From positions 65,289-97,288 of the forward strand of contig NZ_FQZB01000013.1 of NCBI RefSeq assembly GCF_900141845.1: a stretch of DNA of 32,000 nucleotides, given 5' to 3'. Below are positions 17,829 to 25,192 of the stretch, piece by piece. A program made the translations under genes and the position numbers. Positions within the stretch are counted from its first letter, which is position 1. Every line of letters starts with the position of its first letter. The DNA is from Clostridium cavendishii DSM 21758 (lineage in GTDB: Bacteria; Bacillota; Clostridia; Clostridiales; Clostridiaceae). Under the pieces are notes generated by a model, which searched no databases, had not been told where the DNA came from, and was given only the letters and a program-made list of their open reading frames with translations.

Positions 17829-18851
17829 TTAACATTCTCCTGGATAAGCAACAATATATACATTTACCGATCTTACACCCCATGTATTTGCTTCTGACTC
17901 TGAATTCATAAACAAATCAATTTTTCTATTCTTAATTAACCCACCAGTATCTTGTGCTATAGCATAACCATAACCTTGAACATAAACCTTCGTTCCTAAA
18001 GGAATTACTGAGGGATCTACTGCAATAGTGCTCATCCCATTTAAAACTCTTCTTGGAACTACTCCTGTTGCTGTTATTCCATCACCTGCATAAGCTGTGG
18101 CTACCATGGACATTTGCTTTTTATATTTAAGCATATCCCCACCTCTTGAAAGTACCAATGTACTTATAGTTCCCTTAACCAACACCTTATTTTTAGGATC
18201 TTTTAATACTTTTTCTCCAACTACCTTCTTGTTCTTTTCTTGTCCATTTTCATAAACTACCTTGTAAGTTACCTCTTTTTCCCCAAGCTCACCTTCTTGG
18301 ATAAGTTTAGTAACACTCTTATCTAGATTTTCATCTGGATTTACCACTGTATCGAAATCTATTTGTTGTTTTTCACTAACTAGTTTAGTTTCAACTCTTG
18401 TAACCTCTACCTGTAAGCCTTCCGTTATTTTTGTATTTACAGCTGGCTCAACTCTGTCTTCTTCATTTAATTTTATTCCTTCTGCTTTCAGCATATCCTT
18501 AACATTAGCTTCTGCAGTTTTTATACTTAGTTTCTTTGAATCCACTAAAGCTACAATACTTTTTGCTCTAATTATAGTTATCTTATCATTTTTACCTATT
18601 TTACTATTAAGCTCAGGTGTCACCTTATCTTTAGAATCTAAAATTATTTTATTATCCTGAAGTGCACCTTCTACAGTCCCTTTATAAGTCACTATTTCCT
18701 TTTCTTTTCCGTCTATATTAACTATCAATGTCTTTTTCATGCTAGCTATAGTAACCATAAGCCCAATCGATACTACTAGGCAGGCTACAACTTTTGCCTT
18801 AGGACTTGTTGGAATTTTTTCCGTGAGGTAAGTTCTAAATTTTTTCACCAT
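17829..18851 (-). CDS. yabE: YabE-like cell-wall protein (TM anchor, DUF348 repeats, G5 domain, C-terminal 3D/RlpA-like domain)
   Basis: N-terminal TM helix; repeated KxxTVxGALxD-type DUF348 segments; C-terminal VDPSVIPLGTKVYVQGYGYAIAQDTGGLIKNRKIDLF (3D domain). Its position between tatD and rnmV matches B. subtilis. Confidence 0.88.
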   Translation of the reverse strand: MVKKFRTYLTEKIPTSPKAKVVACLVVSIGLMVTIASMKKTLIVNIDGKEKEIVTYKGTVEGALQDNKIILDSKDKVTPELNSKIGKNDKITIIRAKSIVALVDSKKLSIKTAEANVKDMLKAEGIKLNEEDRVEPAVNTKITEGLQVEVTRVETKLVSEKQQIDFDTVVNPDENLDKSVTKLIQEGELGEKEVTYKVVYENGQEKNKKVVGEKVLKDPKNKVLVKGTISTLVLSRGGDMLKYKKQMSMVATAYAGDGITATGVVPRRVLNGMSTIAVDPSVIPLGTKVYVQGYGYAIAQDTGGLIKNRKIDLFMNSESEANTWGVRSVNVYIVAYPGEC

Positions 18852-18883
18852 TTATTTCTCCTCCTTTGGCAGAGTACCATAAA

Positions 18884-18912
18884 ATTATAACCAGTCTGTG
18901 ACTAATTGTCAA
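18884..18912 (-). promoter_or_regulatory. Consensus sigma-A promoter of yabE
   Basis: The minus strand reads TTGACA (18912-18907), an exact 17-nt spacer, then TATAAT (18889-18884). This lies about 30 nt upstream of SD AAGGAGGAG and the ATG. Confidence 0.65.
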
Positions 18913-19140
18913 ATCGGTAACTCTTGCACACTTAAATTAACTGTTTAATATCAATCCACAGATATGGATTATACTTATTAACGATAGCAATATTAATACT
19001 CTAAACAGTCTATAAGATGAGTGTCTTGATAAATGGTCCAAATATATCCTACATTTAAAAATATGCATTCTTTTTTATAATTATTACAAATTTATTTTCC
19101 CTGTTTCGTGCACACTTTAAAAGCAATTAATGTATATGAC

Positions 19141-19173
19141 AAAAAAGGAATGGAGTTTGATACCCCATCCATT
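19141..19173 (-). terminator. Probable terminator of tatD
   Basis: Hairpin aatgga...tccatt directly after the stop, followed on the minus strand by CCTTTTTT. Confidence 0.5.
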
Positions 19174-19174
19174 T

Positions 19175-19951
19175 TTATTTAATATTAATACTTAAAAACT
19201 TTTCTGCATTTTTTAAGAATTGATTATTTATTTCTTCACCTGTCATATTTCTTATCTCAGCAAGTTTATTTATTATATACTCAATATTACTTGATTGGTT
19301 TCTCTTACCTCTATTGGGCTCTGGCGCCATATATGGACAATCTGTTTCTACTAACATTCTTTCTAATGGAATATTTTTCGCAACTTCTACTAATTTTTTG
19401 GCATTCTTAAAAGTTACCACTCCTGTAAATCCTATATAATAACCTAATTTTATACACTCCTTAGCAAATTCTAAAGAACCTGAAAAGCAATGTATAACTC
19501 CAGTAACCTCTGGAAATTCTTTAAGAATCGTTAAAGTATCTGCATGTGCATCCCTATCATGAATTACAACTGGTAGCTTTAAATCTTTAGCTAAAGACAT
19601 TTGCTTTCTGAAGACTTCTATTTGAACTTCTTTAGGGGGATTTTCATCCCAATAATAATCAAGTCCTATTTCACCTATAGCCTTTACCTTTTCATTCTTT
19701 GCCATTTCTTTTATTTCTTCTAAAACACTATCTGTTAATTCATTTGCTTGCTCTGGATGAATACCTACTGCGGCATAAATAAATTCTTTTTCATTTGCTA
19801 GTTTAAAAGAAGTTCTAGCCCCTTCTAAACTTGAACCACAATTCAGTATTCCACAAACACCTGAAACTTTTAAATCCTTTAATAATTCTTCTCTATCCTC
19901 ATCAAATGCTTCATCATCATAATGAGCATGTGTATCAAAAATCTTATACAT
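19175..19951 (-). CDS. tatD: TatD family metal-dependent hydrolase (YabD)
   Basis: Contains DTHAHY, GEIGLDY, VIHDRDAH, HCFSGS and ETDCPYMAP motifs. Confidence 0.93.
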   Translation of the reverse strand: MYKIFDTHAHYDDEAFDEDREELLKDLKVSGVCGILNCGSSLEGARTSFKLANEKEFIYAAVGIHPEQANELTDSVLEEIKEMAKNEKVKAIGEIGLDYYWDENPPKEVQIEVFRKQMSLAKDLKLPVVIHDRDAHADTLTILKEFPEVTGVIHCFSGSLEFAKECIKLGYYIGFTGVVTFKNAKKLVEVAKNIPLERMLVETDCPYMAPEPNRGKRNQSSNIEYIINKLAEIRNMTGEEINNQFLKNAEKFLSINIK

Positions 19952-20144
19952 AAAAATTCACCTCTTTAAAGATTTTATTAATAAATATTACATTACTATA
20001 GTTATTTTAGCATATTCATTTATTTTATAATATAATTTAACTAATATTATCTAATCAAAACAATTAAACATATAACTATAAATGTTTTTCTATACAGAAA
20101 AAGAGGCATCTTAAAACTAATAAGCTGCCTCTAAAATATATTAA

Positions 20145-20780
20145 TTAGAATCTCCTTGCTACATTTAAAGCCTGTTCAATAGCCTTTTCTTTTATTTCTT
20201 GTGACAAAGTCGGATCATAAGCTACGCCTTCTACAAACACTGCCTCAAAATCTGTAACACCTATAAAACTCATTATATCCCTAATATACTTATCTCCATG
20301 CTCAACCTTTGACAAATCACCTTTTGAAAATACACTACCACTTGCTTGTATGTGTAAGGCTTTTTTATTTTTTAATAAACCTATAGCCCCTTGCTCCGTA
20401 TATTTAAAAGTTTTTCCTGCCACACATGTCGTATCTATATAGGCTTTCATCATCGCAGGAACTGCAAAATTCCATAAAGGTGTTACAAAAACATACTTAT
20501 CAGCTGATACAAATTCATCTGTTAATTCTGCAAATCTAGCTAATTGTTTTTGTTTATCCTGTGTTAATTTAGAAAATTCTTTTCCTTGTGATAACTCATC
20601 CCAAGCCTCTAGCATATTCCTATCTATTAATGGTAATTCAATATCATAAACTTCTATTTCCTTAACTTCATCTTGTGGATTAACTCTTTTATATTCCTCT
20701 ATAAAATTTCTTGCTACAGTTAATGAAAATGATTTATCTTCACTCTTTGGATTAGCTGTTATATATAATATTTTACTCAT
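20145..20780 (-). CDS. azoR: FMN-dependent NADH-azoreductase
   Basis: 211 aa. Flavodoxin-like-2 N-terminus MSKILYITANPK, with WNFAVPAMMKAYID typical of the AzoR/AcpD family. Confidence 0.88.
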   Translation of the reverse strand: MSKILYITANPKSEDKSFSLTVARNFIEEYKRVNPQDEVKEIEVYDIELPLIDRNMLEAWDELSQGKEFSKLTQDKQKQLARFAELTDEFVSADKYVFVTPLWNFAVPAMMKAYIDTTCVAGKTFKYTEQGAIGLLKNKKALHIQASGSVFSKGDLSKVEHGDKYIRDIMSFIGVTDFEAVFVEGVAYDPTLSQEIKEKAIEQALNVARRF

Positions 20781-20980
20781 AAATTAATCTCTCCTTTAAT
20801 TCTTTTTATAAAGTATAACATATTATCTTAAGCTAAACAATAATAATTATTACTTAATAAATATTTTGCCTCCTTCTTAATAATTTATTGTCTTTTTTGT
20901 CACATAACTGACATATTCAAGATGTATATTTATACTTGTAAAGTAGCTAAAGCACTAAATTAATTTTACCCCTTAAAATC

Positions 20981-21038
20981 AAAAAATATAACCCGTTTTA
21001 AAGTCTGTCCCCCTTACACATACTTTAAACGGGTTATA
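20981..21038 (-). terminator. Strong terminator after the second MetRS gene
   Basis: Stem of about 15 bp, ataacccgtttaaag... / ...ctttaaacgggttat, followed on the minus strand by ATTTTTTGATTTT. Confidence 0.8.
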
Positions 21039-21039
21039 T

Positions 21040-22668
21040 TTATATTCTTTTTTCTTTAAGTCTTTGGACTTCTTCTAATATTTTCTTTTTATCTATTCGT
21101 TCAAAAAGAATATCTATCTTATTAAGCCTAACTTCTTTTAGCTCAATAAACTTCCAAGTAGGTTTTTCTATATTTAAAAATCCTCTTATTTTTTCACAAG
21201 CAAAAGGCATTATAGGCTCTAATATATTCGACAAATTAGCTATTATCTGAACACATGTATATAATGTATTCTCACATTCTTTCCTATCTTCCTTTAAAGT
21301 TATCCATGGCTTCTTATCATCAAAAAATTTATTTGCTTTTTTTACCATAGAAAAAACTTCTTGAATTCCTTCTTTAAAGTTTCCTTTTTCAATATTGTCA
21401 CCAAAGTTTACATATAATTTAGTTAAATCTCTTTTCCAAGCTAAATTTAATTCACAATTTTTTAGTTCTCCATCTAAATATTTGTGGATAAAACTTAAAC
21501 TTCTGTTAATAAAATTACCAAAGCCACCTAAAAGTTCTCCATTATGAGTATTTATAAACTCTCGCCATGAAAAATCAGAATCTCTTTTTTCTGCTCCATT
21601 AGCTATCAAGAAATATCTTATTGAATCAGCATTATAATTTTCTATAATGTAAGGTACCCATACAGCCCAATTTCTTGAGGTTGAAAACTTTTTACCTTCT
21701 AAATTCAAATGTTCAGAAGATATTATTCTAATATTACATTTATCTATTCCAAGTCCAAATAGAAGTGCTGGGAAAATTACTGTATGGAAAGGTATATTAT
21801 CTTTACCATGAGTGAAATAAACTCTACTTTCATCCGTATTCCAATATTCTTTAAAATCTTGTCCCCTCTCCTCTATACACTTTAAAGATGCAGTAAGATA
21901 CGCCATAACAGCTTCAATCCAAACATATATCTTCTTACCTTCATAGCCTTCAAGAGGTACATCTACACCCCACTCTAAATCTCGAGTTACAGCTCTGTCT
22001 CTAAGACCTTCCCTCAAATATCTCTTAGTTATTTTAATTGCATTATCTCTCCAACCATGATCCTCATCCACAAGCTTTTTAATATCCTCTTGGAATTTTG
22101 AAAGTGCAAAAAATAAATGTTTACTCTCTTTGATTACAGGTTCCTGCCCACAAATCTTACATTTTTTATCTATTAAATCTTCTGGATCTAATAGTTCTGA
22201 ACATTCTTCACATTGATCTCCCCTTGCTACTCCATTACAATGTGGACATATTCCTTCAATATATCTGTCAGGTAAGAACTGCTCACAATGCTCACAATAG
22301 TTTTGTTCTATATCCTTTTCATATATAAAACCCTTATTATATAACTCAAGTATAAATTTCTTAACACCCTGATGATGATTAGGAGTATCTGTTTTGGTAA
22401 ATAAATCATAAGAAAAACCTAGCTTTTCAAAACAAGTTTTAAATTCTGAATGATAAAAGGTGCTTATTTCCTTAGGGCTTTTTCCCTCTTCTCTTGCCCT
22501 TATAGAAATTGGGGTACCATGACAGTCTGAACCTGATACAAATACAACTTCATCCCCTTTTGCTCTATGATACCTCGCCAAAACATCAGCAGGTATAAGC
22601 GCTGATAATCTCCCTATGTGTAATGAGCCATTAGCATAAGGCCAAGCACTACCTATTATAACTTTCAT
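21040..22668 (-). CDS. Divergent methionyl-tRNA synthetase paralogue (E. coli/archaeal-like core with double zinc knuckle, no C-terminal tRNA-binding domain)
   Basis: 542 aa. WPYANGSLHIGR (aa 9-20) aligns with E. coli PYANGSIHLGH. Four CxxC pairs are present (C125/128, C141/144, C153/156, C170/173). KFSTS (aa 327-331) sits in the KMSKS position. KKPWITLKE aligns with the anticodon-domain PW motif. Confidence 0.85.
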   Translation of the reverse strand: MKVIIGSAWPYANGSLHIGRLSALIPADVLARYHRAKGDEVVFVSGSDCHGTPISIRAREEGKSPKEISTFYHSEFKTCFEKLGFSYDLFTKTDTPNHHQGVKKFILELYNKGFIYEKDIEQNYCEHCEQFLPDRYIEGICPHCNGVARGDQCEECSELLDPEDLIDKKCKICGQEPVIKESKHLFFALSKFQEDIKKLVDEDHGWRDNAIKITKRYLREGLRDRAVTRDLEWGVDVPLEGYEGKKIYVWIEAVMAYLTASLKCIEERGQDFKEYWNTDESRVYFTHGKDNIPFHTVIFPALLFGLGIDKCNIRIISSEHLNLEGKKFSTSRNWAVWVPYIIENYNADSIRYFLIANGAEKRDSDFSWREFINTHNGELLGGFGNFINRSLSFIHKYLDGELKNCELNLAWKRDLTKLYVNFGDNIEKGNFKEGIQEVFSMVKKANKFFDDKKPWITLKEDRKECENTLYTCVQIIANLSNILEPIMPFACEKIRGFLNIEKPTWKFIELKEVRLNKIDILFERIDKKKILEEVQRLKEKRI

Positions 22669-22826
22669 TTTTTAGCCCCCTCTTATTATAAACTTTATAT
22701 ATTCCCTATAATATTTTTATTTGAAATTGTATATTTTAAGATTAAATGTAAATCTTGTACTCTGTATTATTTAATTTAATGTATTACAAGGAAAGTCAGC
22801 TTAAGCTGACCTCCTTACCTATATTA

Positions 22827-24761
22827 TTATCTTACTTGGCTTCCTGTTGGTAATTCACCTGGATTTACTACAAATAATTCTGAATCATCATCTGTTGAAG
22901 CTGCAAGTATCATACCTTGTGAAAGTTCTCCTCTTAATTTAACAGGTTTTAAATTAGCAACCAATACTACATTTTTACCTACTAAATCTTCTGGTTTATA
23001 GTATTTAGCTATTCCTGATACTACCTGTCTTTCTTCTCCATTTAAATCTATTTTTAATTTTAAAAGCTTCTTAGCTCCCTTTATAGGTTCACAAGCTAAT
23101 ACTTTAACTACTCTTAAATCAAGTTTATCAAAATCATCTATAGTTATTTCTTCTTTTAGTGGAATCATATCTCTTTTCCCATTTGCTTTATCTTGAGCTG
23201 CTTTAAGTTCATCAAATTCTTTAATCTTAGCTTCTACATCTATTCTTGGGAAAATTACTGCTCCCTTATTAACTTTTGTTCCAGCAGAAGTTCCATCAAA
23301 GCTTGCTAAGCTATTCCATGAAGTAACTTCAGTATTTATTTGCTCGTTAATCTTAACGCTTGTATCTGGTAAGAATGCAGATACTAAAACAGATGCAAAT
23401 CTTAAGCTTTCAACTAAATTGTATAATACTGTTCCTAATCTTTCCTTCTTAGCTTCATCTTTAGCTAATATCCAAGGAGTTGTTTCATCTATATATTTAT
23501 TAGCTCTACCTATAAGCTCCCAAATAACTTCTAAGGCTTCTGGCAATTTTAATTTATCTATTGCTTCTTCAACCTTTTTAGGTGTAGCTAAAGCTAAGTT
23601 TATAAGTTCATCATCTATATCTTCTTTAGCAGCAGGTGCCTGTATAACTCCATCAAAATATTTATCAACCATTGCTACTGTTCTTGAAAGAAGATTTCCT
23701 AAATCATTAGCCAAATCTGAGTTTATCTTCTTTATGAATATTTCATTATTAAATAATCCATCTGAACCAAATGGTATTTCTCTTAATAAGAAATATCTAA
23801 CAGCATCTACTCCAAAGTGATCTACTAAAACTACTGGATCTACTACATTACCTTTTGATTTTGACATCTTTCCACCATCAACCAAAAGCCAACCATGACC
23901 GAATACTTGTTTAGGTAATTCTAAACCTAAAGCCATTAACATTATTGGCCAGTATATAGTATGGAATCTTATTATATCCTTACCTACTAGATGAACATCT
24001 GCTGGCCAGAATTTCTTGTATAAATCTTGGTTTTCTGATCCATATCCTAGAGCTGAAATATAGTTTGATAATGCATCTATCCAAACATATACTACGTGCT
24101 TATCATCAAATGTTACTGGAATTCCCCAGTTAAAACTTGTTCTTGAAACACAAAGATCTTGAAGACCTGGTCTTAAGAAGTTGTTTAACATTTCATTTTT
24201 TCTTGATTCTGGTTGAATAAAATGTGGGTTTTCTTCTATATATTTTATTAATCTATCTGCATATTTACTCATTTTGAAGAAGTAAGCTTCTTCTTGAGCT
24301 TTCTCTACTGGTCTTCCACAGTCTGGGCAGTTACCATTTACCAATTGAGTTTCAGTCCAGAAAGATTCACAAGGTGTACAATATAAACCTTCATAAGAAG
24401 CCTTGTATATATCTCCTTGATCATATAACTTTTTAAATATATCTTGAACTGCTTTTACATGGTAATCATCAGTAGTTCTTATAAATTTGTCATAACTTAT
24501 ATTCATAACTTTCCAAAGATCTTTTATTCCTGCAACTATTTCATCAACATATTCTTTTGGAGTAACACTTTTTTCTTCTGCTATTCTTTGTATTTTTTGA
24601 CCATGCTCATCTGTTCCTGTTAAGAACATAACTTCATGACCTGTTAATCTCTTAAATCTTGCTAAGGCATCAGCTGCTACTGTAGTATAAGTGTTTCCTA
24701 TATGCAATTTTGCTGATGGGTAATAAATTGGCGTAGTAATATAATATGGTTTTTTACACAT
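22827..24761 (-). CDS. metG: Methionine--tRNA ligase (canonical Gram-positive type with C-terminal Trbp111/EMAP-like tRNA-binding domain)
   Basis: Contains ITTPIYYPSAKLHIGN, KMSKSKGN and a single CxxC...CxxC knuckle. The C-terminal OB domain is DLRVVKVLACEPIKGAKKLLKLKIDLNG. The real start is the ATG at 24761, 7 nt after GAGGAGG. The ORF-track extension to 24854 reads through the T-box terminator. Confidence 0.95.
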   Translation of the reverse strand: MCKKPYYITTPIYYPSAKLHIGNTYTTVAADALARFKRLTGHEVMFLTGTDEHGQKIQRIAEEKSVTPKEYVDEIVAGIKDLWKVMNISYDKFIRTTDDYHVKAVQDIFKKLYDQGDIYKASYEGLYCTPCESFWTETQLVNGNCPDCGRPVEKAQEEAYFFKMSKYADRLIKYIEENPHFIQPESRKNEMLNNFLRPGLQDLCVSRTSFNWGIPVTFDDKHVVYVWIDALSNYISALGYGSENQDLYKKFWPADVHLVGKDIIRFHTIYWPIMLMALGLELPKQVFGHGWLLVDGGKMSKSKGNVVDPVVLVDHFGVDAVRYFLLREIPFGSDGLFNNEIFIKKINSDLANDLGNLLSRTVAMVDKYFDGVIQAPAAKEDIDDELINLALATPKKVEEAIDKLKLPEALEVIWELIGRANKYIDETTPWILAKDEAKKERLGTVLYNLVESLRFASVLVSAFLPDTSVKINEQINTEVTSWNSLASFDGTSAGTKVNKGAVIFPRIDVEAKIKEFDELKAAQDKANGKRDMIPLKEEITIDDFDKLDLRVVKVLACEPIKGAKKLLKLKIDLNGEERQVVSGIAKYYKPEDLVGKNVVLVANLKPVKLRGELSQGMILAASTDDDSELFVVNPGELPTGSQVR

Positions 24762-24823
24762 TTCTAAATTCCTCCTCTTACTTGCAACCACCAAAACGTG
24801 GTGCCTTTTTCCTTTTTTAAATA

Positions 24824-25090
24824 TTAAAAAAGTCTCTATGAGAACTATGCTCATAGAGACGTCATTATATACGCGTTACCACTCTAAATTTATATTTATG
24901 TTACCATAAATACCTCTGTAAGTGACTTATCTTAAAAATTAATATTTTAAAATGCCATCACCTTGCAATATAACGGTTGCTACCGTATTTTCCTAAAGAC
25001 TACTCTCTCAGAAAATCTACTCCGAAACCATATTCATAAAGCTTCCCATGGCTAGCTTTCACCTATCCTAGCTCTCTTTTGCACTTTCTA
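24824..25090 (-). promoter_or_regulatory. T-box leader (Met specifier) with terminator/antiterminator
   Basis: Minus-strand elements: AGAGAG bulge; distal loop GGTGAAAG; AUG triplets at 25031-25029 and 25037-25035 in the specifier region; F-box-like CCGTTA; T-box sequence AGAGTGGTAACGCG (24871-24888); and terminator stem gtctctatgag / ctcatagagac (24832-24860) followed by TTTTTT. Confidence 0.85.
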
Positions 25091-25130
25091 CTTTACTACT
25101 CTTTTCTTCAATGTATTTCAATTTACTATT

Positions 25131-25159
25131 ATGATATTCCAAATATAGTTATATGTCAA
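25131..25159 (-). promoter_or_regulatory. Promoter of the metG T-box leader
   Basis: The minus strand reads TTGACA (25159-25154), a 17-nt spacer, then TATCAT (25136-25131). Confidence 0.55.
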
Positions 25160-25192
25160 TGGTAATTTTAAAATAATAACATAGTAAAAGTT

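Noticed and set aside
18852-19174. Possible c-di-AMP (ydaO-type) riboswitch upstream of the yabE-like cell-wall gene.
   Set aside because: Reading the minus-strand leader, I found none of the conserved ydaO motif elements. The consensus promoter leaves only about 30 nt of 5' UTR.
20898-20913. TGTCA-N6-TGACA inverted repeat upstream of azoR, considered as a possible operator.
   Set aside because: The arms are only 5 bp, no adjacent regulator gene is present, and such a repeat is expected by chance in a 260-nt spacer.
2126-22685. Recurrent GRGGGCTAA string immediately upstream of the starts of icd, aconitase, the synthase (twice) and the MetRS paralogue, considered as a possible shared regulatory element.
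   Set aside because: The G-rich part is simply the SD. The shared CTAA tail is only 4 nt, and five occurrences among about 30 genes is not clearly beyond chance without a genome-wide count. Only the duplicated copy upstream of the synthase is kept as a finding.
24762-24854. N-terminal 31-codon extension of the metG ORF in the track (MSIVLIETFLIFKKGKRHHVLVVASKRRNLE).
   Set aside because: The extension reads through the T-box terminator hairpin and its U-tract. The ATG at 24761 has a perfect GAGGAGG SD and yields the family-typical N-terminus MCKKPYYITTPIYYPS.
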